In this document: in pieces, positions 13,514 through 26,191 of the stretch
Layout of the letters: each line of letters opens with the position of its first letter
Numbering within the stretch: the stretch's first letter is position 1
Origin: Neocallimastix sp. 'constans'
Lineage: Eukaryota
Direction: 5' to 3'
Assembly (NCBI GenBank): GCA_050613775.1
Contig: JBODTK010000147.1
Location: 248,001-312,000 of the forward strand
DNA: 64,000 nt
The notes under the pieces: model-generated
What the model saw: the letters and a program-made list of their open reading frames with translations, nothing else
What the model was told of the DNA's origin: nothing
Database searches by the model: none
Translations under genes and position numbers: made by a program

Positions 13514-15919
13514 GATCGACCATATCTGTCTGACAGCAGAGGATTTAGGTAATTGTGCCTTTCCAAATATCGGTTCTAAATTGCTTAATAATCTTTCACT
13601 ATCATTATTCATATCGATTGCCATGGAATGATTATTATTCATACCTCCAATATTTTGAGTATTTCCACTATTCTTTTCTAACTTAATAAAAAGTTCTTCT
13701 AAAGTAGGAGCAGTCAACGAAAAGTTGGCAACACTATTTCTTTTACTTTTGATCATTTTATTTAAATGTTCAAAAATTTCTTTAAATGATTTAGAAAACT
13801 TCATCGGTAATAAATAGGTAGTAATATATTCGGCACTAATATGCGTATTGCTATTATATCTATTTTGTTCAAGATGACCATTAATGTTTGTTTTACTGAT
13901 GGTTTTGGAATGGGAAGAGCCAGGACAAAAATATTCAATCAAGTCATCAGCAAGAGAAGTATCTCTGGAATCTTTGCAATGGATATCGAGGGAATAGTTC
14001 ATATTGAATCGGTTTTTCAAGAAAAGACTGGTACCTAAACAACTAATATTACCATTTGAAATAATCATTTTTCGATCGGCTAAAAGATCGGCTTCATCCA
14101 TATAGTGGGTGGTAACAAACATTACACGTCCCTTCTTCTTTTGGGATAAAAGTTCCCAAATATTCTTTCTGGAGTAAGGATCAAGACTGGTGGTGGGTTC
14201 ATCTAAAAAGACATATTTAGGGGAACCCAGAAGGGCCAGGGTAATACAAAGTTTTCTTCTTTGACCACCACTAAGTTGCTTTGGATAATTATTCTTCTTA
14301 TCTAATAAATCAATATCTCTGAGAATCTCATCGATATTAACTTTAACATTCTTAATACCAGCGAATAATCTGACGTGTTCAGCAAGCGTTAAACTATTAT
14401 TGAAGGTATCAAATTGAGGACAGTAACCAAATTGTCGACAGATCTCGGTTTCATTATCGGTAATCGGTACATCATCATAGTACACCTCACCATGGGAGGC
14501 AGAAAGAATACCGGTCATGATACTAATTAAGGTAGTTTTACCGGCACCATTATGACCTAAAATAGCAAATATTTCATCGTAGTAGGCATTGAAATCAATA
14601 CTTCTCAAGATGTCAATTCTTTGTCTCTTCACCTTAAAGCTTTTTCCAATATTTTTAATTTGGACTGCTCTTCTCAAATCTTCTGGATCCTTCTCAATAT
14701 ATGGATTGTAGGGTTTATAATTTCCTATTGGTGGTGATATATTTTTCTTATGACGCTTAAAGAGACGGAAGAAATCCGTTATAATGAAATACCATTTTCT
14801 ATGGAAATTATTACCTTGAGGTAAAACATTATCAAGATAAATAGCCGTAATGAAATAAATAAATAAAGAAGATATTAAACCTACAAAGGGATCTCTTAAG
14901 GATTTATTCTTGAACATATTTAAGAAAGAAACGGAAAGACCCTGATCTTCTAATTTAATGAGATATTCGAACATGGAAAGAAAAGCGATTGGAGAAACAG
15001 TAAATCTACAAATTGATTGTACTATTGGATCTTTATCAACGGCAGACTTGACGAAAAATACAACAAAAAAGAAGACAATAATCATTATTCCAACAGTATT
15101 TGCCGTTTTAGATTTTTTGAGTAGAGTAGAAAGAATGAAAGAGATACAACAACAAGATAAGCCATAAACGAGCAGAACGATAATGACAATGCTCCAATGA
15201 ATAAGATTAAATAGCTTGAACCAATACATGGCAATGGTTACAATAGTGGAACTTACTATAATAATGATACCATAGGTGACTGCCCACGACAACCAAAACG
15301 TGGACTTTCTTAAACCAATAATAATTAAGGATTCCTTTATTTTTGATTCTTTTTCGATGACTAAGTTACTAAGTAATGAACAAATACAAGGGACAAAATA
15401 AAAAAGCATAAAGAATGGAGTATATGAATGTGCTGTATTACTTTTATACTTTAATTTATATCCCAATCTATCCATTTCTTTACTTTTTATCTGAATATCT
15501 TTTATATTTGGTGAATTACTTAATGTTTTTATAATGGATTTATCAATAGCGGCTTGAAGCGCTTCTGCAAAATACATTTCTCCAGTTCGCGTATCTCCCT
15601 TGTCCCCTTTTAATGATTCATGTAATTCGTCATAATATCCGAAATTGATAGTATATTTTGTGAGAGATTGAAAAGTAATACCCAAATAGGTAATACTTTC
15701 TAAATAAGTCAAATAATCATCATTTTCTTCATTATAGTCCCATTTACTAAATGCTTCATCTATATCAAATCGTAATTTTTTATAGCTGTTTTTCATATCT
15801 TTCTCATTATCAAAAATATTAATCTTCATCTCTAATATTTCACCAAGATCTCTCTTTTCATTATTAACCATATGTGGAGTATTATTTATAGTTTTAGTAT
15901 TAATATCAGTATTGCCATT

Positions 15920-16145
15920 ATTAGCACTAGGATTAGTATTAGTATTAGCACTAGGATTAGCATTAACACTAGGATTAGTATTTGTACTAGGATTAGCAGT
16001 TGCATTAGTGTTAGCATTAACACTAGGATTAGTATTTGCACTAGGATTAGCAGTTGCATTAGTGTTAGTATTAGCACTAGGATTAGCAGTTGCATTAGTG
16101 TTAGTATTAGCACTAGGATTAGCATTTGCATTAGCAGTAGCGTTA
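15920..16145 (-). repeat. Coding tandem repeat (36-bp unit, ANPSANTNTNAT) in the first ectodomain of ABCA paralog 2
   Basis: Repeated GCACTAGGATTAGCAGTTGCATTAGTGTTAGTATTA on the plus strand; no equivalent in paralog 1. Confidence 0.9.
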
Positions 16146-18759
16146 GTATTAACATTAATATTATTTATATTTCCATTAATATTTTGTAAAGATGAATTTG
16201 TAACGTTTTGATTGTTGAGATTACCATTTTCAGGTAATCCATTTGTACTTTTCATAGTAAAATTCTGATTACTTTCAATTAATTTAAATTGAGTCGAATT
16301 ATTCGAATTTTTGAAATTTTCAATAAATAGATTTTGCTTTTGCTTATCAAATTCAGGTGGAAATACAAAATTTAGATCTAAATAACAATTACTTTGTTCT
16401 TTTATATGCATTATCTCTTTATAGACTTTCAAAGCATCATCAAATGTAAGACTAAATTCTGGCTTATTATTTATTTCTTCAGTTTCTTCTTCAACATCTA
16501 CATATTCTGATTTATACCCTAATTTAAAGAAATATTAATGAGCATATTTAAATTGTCATAAAATATTAATAATTACTAAAAAATAAATCATATTTAATCA
16601 ATAAAGAATAATAAATTATTTAAAATAGAAAAAAAAAATGAATAATAAATTATTTATAACAAAAAAATGAATAATAAATAATATTTTTTTTTTCAAAAAA
16701 ATATATACATATATATATTATTAATAAAAATTACCTATGATTAAAATAATTAATGTTGGAATTATAATTTCCAAAAGAGTAGAAATTATAGCTCTTCTTT
16801 TTAAAACGGTGTTTCGCCAAAGTAAAGTCTTTAATTGTTGAAATAACATTTAGAATTATTTATCAATGATAGAAAAATATATTAAAATGTTATTATTATT
16901 TTATCTATTGGTATTAATATTTATTAATTATTTTTATTTTATTGATTTATTATTTTATTGATTTATTATTTTATTGATTTATTATTTTATTGATTTATTA
17001 TTTTATTGATTTATTATTTTATTGATTTATTATTTTATTGGTTTTTTTTACAGTTTTTTTGTTATACTATTTTATTGTTTTACTTTAATTTAATTTATTT
17101 TATTTATTTGAAAACTATTCAGGAATGTTTATAGCTCTTTATTTTTGTTTAATATATAATTTTCAAATAAAAAAATATTTTATTATTTTTATTTATTATA
17201 ATTATTAATAATTGAATATTTAATATTTATTCATTTATTATAAATATATTATTTATAAATTTTCAAAGATCTTAAAAATTTGGTGATTTTTTCGTTTTTT
17301 ATATAAAAAATTTTTTTGAAATAATTTTTAAATTTATTAATTAATTAACTTTTTTTTAACTGTTAATATATTTAAAAAAAAAAAAAAAATTTTTTTCTTC
17401 TTCTATATAAATTAAAATAGAAAAAAAAAAAAAAAATTCAATAAATAAATTTTTAATTTTATTATTTTTTTGAAAATAAAAACTATGCTTTAAAATATAA
17501 TTTATATATATAAATTAATATATTCCATAAAATTTTCAATTATAACAGGGAAAGCAAGTCTTTTGTTATTAACATACAGTATTTAATTTTTATTAATAAC
17601 AAACTCTATAAGTAAACCTGTTCATCCTATTTGTTGTTTCCTTTATTTTTCTTGTTTTTCCCATTATTATGGCTTGTAATAGAAAGGAAAAATAAAAAAC
17701 GAAATAAAAAATTTTTTTTTATTTTTTGATATTTTATTAATGAAAAATTTTAATTAAAAACAGAAAATTCTTTTATTATAATTTGTGTAACCTTAACTAC
17801 ATAAATTAAATTAAAATTTAAATTTAAATTTTTTTTTTAATCTAATTTTTATGAACGAATATAAAAAAAAAAATTGTTTTATTGTCAAAAAATGTTTGTC
17901 CACTATTAATCCATAATTGAAATATATTTAAATATATATATTTAGGTTTCAAAAATAAAGTTTGAAAGGTTCTAGGTCTTTTTTACTTTACTTTACTAAA
18001 AATAATAAAATAATAAAATAATAAAATAATAAAATAATAAAATAATAAAATAATAAAATATATATCTATATCTATATCTATATCTATATATATTTATCTA
18101 TCTATATATAATATATACAAATAAAATATAAAAAAAAAATTATAAAAAATTTAAAATATATTTGTAAATTATTTCAATTAGATTTAAAAAAAAAAAAAAT
18201 TAATAAATCTTAAATTATTAAATTAATAATAAATCTTAATTACAAATAGAAAGATTAATATATTTAGATATATAAAAATTTAAAGTGGGTTAAACATTGA
18301 AACTAAAAATTAATATTAATAGAAATAATACGATTGAAAGATAATTTATAAGAAAAAAAATGAGTTTATCCACTTCACCTCTCTGTTTTTATATTACATA
18401 GTTTTAAATAAGGAAAAAAACATTATATTTTTATATGTGGTTTATCTTCTGTTATATAATTATTTTCTATAGATGTATGTATTGTTAAAAATTATATGGT
18501 ACAATAGATTAAATAAAAAATTATTAATTTTAAAAGAATAAAAAAAATACTATTCAATAGATTAAATAAAAAATTATTAATTTTAAAAGAATAAAAAAAA
18601 TACACAAATAAAAAAAAAAAAAAGAATTTAATATAAATTAGGATGAATTTATATATATAAATATAAAAATATGTATATATTTATTGAATAACAATAAATA
18701 ATAAATAATAAATATTTTTATTTCAATATTTCTGTATTATTCTTTTTTTTATTTTATTT

Positions 18760-18978
18760 TATTTTATTCAATCTATACTTTATATTTAATATTCTACTAT
18801 TTATTTTATTCAATCTATACTTTATATTTAATATTCTACTATTTATTTTATTCAATCTATACTTTATATTTAATATTCTACTATTTATTTTATTCAATCT
18901 ATACTTTATATTTAATATTCTACTATTTATTTTATTCAATCTATACTTTATATTTAATATTCTACTATTTATTTTATT
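18760..18978. repeat. 42-bp tandem repeat, about 5 copies; the unit is also dispersed near 20.77-21.07 kb and 46.93-47.15 kb
   Basis: Unit ATTTTATTCAATCTATACTTTATATTTAATATTCTACTATTT; it explains the spurious ORF 18754-18939. Confidence 0.9.
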
Positions 18979-19489
18979 CTTTTTTTTATTTTATTTTATT
19001 TTATTTTATTTTATTTTATTTTATTTTATTTTATTTTATTTTGGTGTGTCAATTTTAATGTTTTTGGGTTGTTTTAATAGCAAATATGAAGAGTAAATCT
19101 TAATTAAATAAATTAAAATAAATTAAAATTAAATAAATAAAAATTAAATTAAATTAAAAAAAAAAAAAAATTTGGAAAATTTGGAAAATTTAGAAAATCA
19201 ATTCTATTCAATTATTTATTTAAACTTTAATTTATCATCATTTAATTCTACTTATTTAATTTAAGTAAAAAAAAAAAAAAATGTAAATATTTAAATATGA
19301 AAAATAAAAAAAATAATTAAAAAAGTTTGTTTTGTGTTTAATTATTCATTTTTTTGTATTTATGATTTGTAGTCATATGTTTCAAAATAAATTAAATAAA
19401 ATAACAAGTATATAAATAATAAAAAATGGAATAATCAATAATGGAATAATAATGGAATAATCAATAATTGAATAATAAATAATAAATAT

Positions 19490-20665
19490 TAAATAATAAA
19501 TAATAAAAAGAGTATTTATTAATAAATAATAAATAATAAATAATAAATAATAAATAATAAATAATAAATAATAAATAATAAATAATAAAAAGAGTATTTA
19601 TTAATAAATAATAAATAATAAATAATAAAAAGAGTATTTATTAATAAATAATAAATAATAAATAAATAATAATAAATAATAAATAATAAATAATAAATAA
19701 TAAATAATAAATAATAAATAATAAATAATAAATAATAAATAATAAATAATAAATAATAAATAATAAATAATAAATAATAAATAATAAATAATAAATAATA
19801 AATAATAAATAATAAATAATAAATAATAAATAATAAATAATAAATAATAAATAATAAATAATAAATAAATAATAATAAAAAGAGTATTTATTAATAAATA
19901 ATAAATAATAAATAAATAATAATAAATAATAAATAATAAATAATAAATAATAAATAATAAATAATAAAAAGAGTATTTATTAATAAATAATAAATAATAA
20001 ATAATAAAAAGAGTATTTATTAATAAATAATAAATAATAAATAATAAAAAGAGTATTTATTAATAAATAATAAATAATAAATAATAAATAATAAATAATA
20101 AAAAGAGTATTTATTAATAAATAATAAATAATAAATAATAAATAATAAATAATAAAAAGAGTATTTATTAATAAATAATAAATAATAAATAATAAATAAT
20201 AAATAATAAATAATAAATAATAAATAATAAATAATAAATAATAAATAATAAATAATAAATAATAAATAATAAATAATAAATAATAAATAATAAATAATAA
20301 ATAATAAATAATAAATAATAAATAATAAATAATAAATAATAAATAATAAATAATAAATAAATAATAATTGAATAATAAATAATAAAAAGAGTATTTATTA
20401 TTAAATAATAAATAATAAATAATAAATAAATAATAATAAAAAGAGTATTTATTAATAAATAATAAATAATAAATAAATAATAATAAATAATAAATAATAA
20501 ATAATAAATAATAAATAATAAATAATAAATAATAAATAATAAATAATAAATAATAAATAATAAATAATAAAAAGAGTATTTATTAATAAATAATAAATAA
20601 TAAATAATAAAAAGAGTATTTATTAATAAATAATAAATAATAAATAATAAATAATAAATAATAAA
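19490..20665. repeat. Compound satellite: (AATAAAT)n punctuated by AAAGAGTATTTATTA
   Basis: 7-bp runs of variable length separated by about 13 copies of the punctuation motif. Confidence 0.92.
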
Positions 20666-21293
20666 TAGATGAATCTATTTTATACATTAGGAATATACTT
20701 ATTTAGAGATTAGCAAGAAAATTATTTTTTTTTTTTTTTTAATTATAACTTTTTATTTTATTTTATTATATTTTATTCAATCTGTACTTCATTTTTATAT
20801 TTCAACTATTTATTTTATTTTATTTTATTGTATTATATTTTATTCAATCTGTACTTTATATTCATATTTCTACTATTTATTTTATTTTATTTTAATATCC
20901 ATCCAGGCAAAAACATATCAAAGTGCTATAATTCCCATGATTTGAGGGTGGCTAAAGGGAGGTGCACACCGAAAGTAAAAAAACAAAAAAAAATTTTTTT
21001 TGTTCTATTTTATTCTATTATACTAACCCTTATTTATTCTTTTTTATTTTCATTCAATCCATACTTCATATTTATTGTTTATTCATAATAATCAATGTAA
21101 TGTCGATTTAATTTCTTATTTATTGTTGCTCTAAAATAAAATTTTTTTTGAAAAGTTATTATTATTGTTTAACTAATTATTACAAAAACACTTACAACCT
21201 ACTATATATTTTGTTTTATTTATTTATTTATTTTTTTGTATTCTATATATTAAGCTTAATTTTATATTATAAATAGAGTGTTAATCATTTAAA

Positions 21294-21640
21294 TTTTTTT
21301 TTTTTTTTTTTTTTTTTTTTGCATGTTTTTTTATCATAACGTAAAAATTAAAGCTCGGCATCTTTTCTGTGATCTTCTTATACCATAAGGGGGAATGATG
21401 AGGAAATGATACATTCTTCCAAGATCTACTTGGAACCAAATGGTTAACCCTTTAAGCTCAGAATCCTTAATGTGGGGGAAAACCATAAAAGAATAAAACC
21501 ACGGACATAACTCTGACCTTACTTAGGCTGAGAATTTTATATACGACTGACTATAATCTACAATTACATATAGTATCAATTGTTAAATGTCTTTAACTAT
21601 AAAATTTCATTAAAAATATAAAGTTTCTGTGACCTTAAAA
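21294..21640 (-). mobile_element. Degenerate SINE-like element; boundaries approximate
   Basis: GC-richer island. The minus strand carries ATGGTTTTCCCCCACAT (21470-21486), like the SINE central motif, and ends in an A run (plus-strand T run 21294-21320). No TSD or tRNA head seen. Confidence 0.45.
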
Positions 21641-21641
21641 A

Positions 21642-21673
<32 letters not shown>

Positions 21674-22449
21674 ATTATTATTCCAATAAAAAAATAATAC
21701 ACTATTTGGATATAATATATGTTAAGAACAAAAATATTTATTATAAATCGTTGATAATTGATATGAAATAGAAATAAAAACTCTAATTAATAATAAATTT
21801 TTGTTAATTAAGAAATGGAGCAAAAGCATAAATTTATGTATTAATCTAGTTTTTATTATATTTCTTATTAGAAATTAATTTATTATTATTTTTTATTATT
21901 TAATTTTAACATTAATGAAAGTAAATTTAATATTTATACTTTAATATAGGAAAACTTTATTATAAGTAAATAATTATAAAAGAGAAAAATACTTTGAAAT
22001 AGTTTTATTTCTCTGTCCAAGAATAAGAAATAGTAGATTAGTGTAATTCTTGAGATCAGAATATGAAAATAAATATTAATTTTAGGAATAAATGTTAGTT
22101 TGAATTTTTAATAATGATAAAGTTAATGTAATTCTTTTTAAATAAATAAAATTTAAATAAAATAATTTTTCATAAAACACATAAATTGTTTCCCTCATTT
22201 AAAAGAACAAACCTTAAAAGAAATGAAAATGAAAAAATAAAACTTTAATTATTAATAAATTATTATATTAATCATTACATAAAAATAAATTAATAAATCA
22301 TTAAATTATCATTAGATTTGGTCTAAAACAAATATTCATTATCATATGATTTATAAGCTGATCTAAAATAACATGATATAAAATAAATTTATGTAATATC
22401 ATAAATTCTGCAAAAATACATAAAAATTAAATTAAACATAAAATATATG

Positions 22450-23129
22450 AATGTGGTGCATTTCGACGAATGTGAAGCATTTCGACATAATTTATGTATA
22501 ACCATCATAAATTTTTGTACAATGCGTATAAATTATGTAATACTCCACAACTTTCAACGTATATTTTTATTTATTGTATTTTTGCATTAAAAAAAATAAA
22601 ATTAAAACTAAAAAAATAATAAATAAAAGAATAAATAAGTTTTCTGTTAAGAATTTTATTTTATTTTTATTTATTTTCAATTATTTAATTAATTTTCTTT
22701 TCATTTTATTATTATATTTTATTATTAAATATTTAATAATAAAACCTTTCCATTTTATTTTATTTAAATAAAATAAATAAAATTTTATATTTTATTGTTA
22801 AATTAATTAAATAATAAAATAAAATTTATTATAATATTAAATATATTTATTATTAATAAAATTTAAATATTGATATTGATATTAATAAAATATAATAATA
22901 TTGATATTAATAAAATATATTGATATTGATATTAATATAATTTTAACTATATATATTCTAGTTAATTATTATTTATAAATTTAGAGCTTGTTTAATTCTA
23001 ATAAACATTTATACCATAAATCAATGATATCATTTTTATCACATTTTTTATCAATTAATTCGGATTCCTTTTTTTTTTTTATATTATTTAATTAAATCAT
23101 TGATTTCATCAGTCAGTTTTTGTTAATAT

Positions 23130-23171
<42 letters not shown>

Positions 23172-24300
23172 CCAAACTCCTTCAATTTTCCTTTTGTAAT
23201 TATTGTAAGATAAAGATTCTTCTCTTTTTTAAATGATAAATCAATTCATAGAAAGAAGGTTTTTTGTAAAACAATTTTTTTAAGTAATTGTTAAAAGATT
23301 CTGAAGTATTATTTATTATGTGGTTTATATCGTTATAATAATTCCAATATTGAATATCATATTTATATAAGTAAGTCTTATTAAAATATTCCAAAAAATT
23401 TAAAAAATGGAAATAATTATATATTTGACATATAATTTTTAATATAATTATAAATATCAAATATATATTCAGGATTTATAAAAGGAAAATTTGTAATAGC
23501 TTTATAAAACAAATAAATTTTATGATTACTTTCAACTTCATTATAACATAATTTATTTTTTTGAACTTCTAACGCTCTTTTATAATGCCATACACAATAT
23601 TTAATAGTAATATTAGGAAATATTTTAATGGCAGCATCGGATATACCTTTTTCAAAATCATAATGCAAAATTTTTAGGTGTAACTATAATATTAGTATTA
23701 TATTTACTTGCATTCTTTTTTAATTCTTCAAATAACAATTCATAGGTTGCTTGTTCTTTATTATTTAATATTGATAGTGATGTAGTGTAAAAACTATTTA
23801 TTTCTGGAACATATATATTCTTGTGGAATTTCATTAAATTTTGATATATCAGGAGGTAGTTGTTTTTTTTTTTATTATATCTTGATATTTGGGATTTAAT
23901 TGAATTATATTTAGGGCATATCAATCCAATTTCTTCAGATATTTCATTATATATATGTTTTGGATTTATATCAAATGGGATTGTGGTTTTTCTAATTTCA
24001 TTTTTTCATTTTATGTTTTACTCTTGATACAGATGCATCATATTTTTTTTTTTTTCCTGGATGAGTATGTTTGTTTTCATATTTTATTACTTTATAATTA
24101 TCATTTAGAATAATGTTAAGATTTACATTTTTTAAATGTTTTATATTCAGTACATTTGAATACTTTGGTATTATTCGTTATATACCATAAATTAAATTTA
24201 TATTTTCTGTTTACAATGATTTGGTTTTTTTTTCTTTAATAGTTTCACTTATTAAAAAAAAAAGTTATTTTAAACTTTTTTTTTTTTTTTTTTTTTTTAA
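22450..24300 (-). mobile_element. Decayed Mutator-like (MULE) DNA transposon
   Basis: Frameshifted transposase fragments: HYDFEKGISDAAIKIFP..KYCVWHYKRALE (MULE D..C-x-x-H motif), FLEYFNKTY..WNYY..INNTSESFN, and a Cys/His zinc-finger-like remnant near 24.06-24.2 kb. Repeated GCATTTCGAC at about 22.46-22.49 kb may be terminal sequence. Confidence 0.85.
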
Positions 24301-25549
24301 TTTTATAAGTTTAAAATCAAGGATTAATTTAGAATTTTAATAACTAATAGTTTATTAATAAAGGTTAATAATCAAACAAAAAATAAATATAAATATATAT
24401 ATATATATATAATACAATGTTTACTACAACTGTAACTTGTATGCTATGAGTCACATAACTTAATTATTTTATATATATATATATATATTTATATAAAGAC
24501 TAATAAAAAAAAAATGAAGAAAACAAAATAAAACATAAAGTATTATATAGATATAAAAAATGACTGAAATAACAAATAAATGAACTACTATTTAACTAAA
24601 TTACATGACTAAATTATAAAATAATTTAAAATTTTGTTTTATTATATTCTAATTTTCCACTTTTAATTTTGTATAATTTTTAAATATGGAAAATTATATT
24701 TTATTTTATTAATTTTTTTTGTATATATATAAAATATTTAATTATAAATAAAATATTATAGTATATTGTTAAATATCGTAGTGAATGTTGATTAATTACA
24801 TAGTACATTATACTACATTTTTAAATGTAAAATATTTTTATTTAGCAGTGCAATGCTAAATGATACCAATAATTATAAACAAAATGGTTTAGGGTTAAAT
24901 AAATAAATAAATAAATAAATAAGGAAACTCATAATAAAATATGAATACTATTTCTGATTTAAAGTGTTATATTTAACCGATTAAACTCATAATTCATTAA
25001 CAAATGCTAATATCAAAATTCAATATATTAAATATTAAAATAAAGAAATCTTAGCAGTAACATCAAAATAACTAATTCAATAAATTTAACAACAACAGGA
25101 AGTTTTTTTAAAACTTCAACAAAGTCAACAAATACAACAAATACAACATACAACAGATACAATAAATACAATATATACATAAAGCACAATAATGAATAAT
25201 ATCTTTATTGAAATAGAACATCCAAATATTAAAACAAATATGATTAATAAAATTCATATTCAAAATTTTAAAATTTACAAATGAAATTTTTCACATATGG
25301 TATTCAGACTTGAAATTACTCCTTGATTCCTAAGAATTAGGTGGCTATATATATCAAAGAATATTAAAAATATAAACTCCAATAAAAAACATTTAAAATA
25401 TAATAATACTGTCAGAATTATAATATTGAACAGCCTCAACAAATATATAAAAAGTCCTTTAAATAATTTCACAAGTGCATATTTATTGATAAAAGAATTA
25501 AAAGAAAATATTAAAAAAAAAAAAAAAAAAAAGGTATGAATAAAGGAAT

Positions 25550-26144
25550 ATATAAAAATAATGACTTTTCTAATGGAGGAAGTATTTCAGGCTCCAAACA
25601 TAAAAAATAAGTTAATTTCCATTTATTAGCTACATAAAAAGAAGATTTAAATTAGTAATAGAAATGTGCAACGATAAAGAAAGCATTGTACCACTTAAGC
25701 CTAAGTCACCATTTAGTGGGTATAAATATTAAATAATATTTTTCGATGACTACAGTAGAAAATACTAATTTTTATTTACTTAAACATAAACTTGAGGCTC
25801 TACAGAAATTTATCAAGGTGCATAAACTTATGAAAAAATACTCGTATTTACAATAAAAAGGAAGTAAGATCTGATAAAGGTTTAGAATATAATAAATCTA
25901 AAGGTATTAAAATCACAAAAAATTGATTTTTTTTTTTTTTTTTTTTTGAATAAAAACATGAGAAAAAAAAAGGCTTATATTTTTAGAGGATAAAAAAAAA
26001 ACCCATAATGAAAACAAAAGTCATAAAATAAATGGAATTAATTAATAATATTAGTACGACATATTTATTTTTCTAATAAACCTTTGCCTTAATTGATTTT
26101 CCTGTTTCCTGCTATGTCTCTATCCCAGTAAAAGTTTACAATTG

Positions 26145-26191
<47 letters not shown>

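Larger units (their letters stand above)
10348..16849 (-). pseudogene. Full-size ABCA transporter, paralog 2, interrupted by a SINE at 13036-13507; exon 1 16735-16849, exon 2 from 16518
   Basis: ATG at 16849 (MLFQQLKTLLWRNTVLKRR) and the same 115-nt first exon and phase-1 intron as paralog 1. Removing the insert plus one TSD restores ...QIWSIVK-LRIKIFLRNKTFALLY..., matching paralog 1 ILSIMKLRFKIFIRNKTFALLY. As assembled it reads as two ORFs (13421-16432, 10348-12948). Confidence 0.9.

Noticed and set aside
15872..16211. Short hydrophobic ORFs
   Set aside because: They are alternative frames of the ABCA coding repeat.
19490..20665. CRISPR-like array
   Set aside because: The spacers are only 7-mer repeats, the context is eukaryotic, and no cas genes are present.
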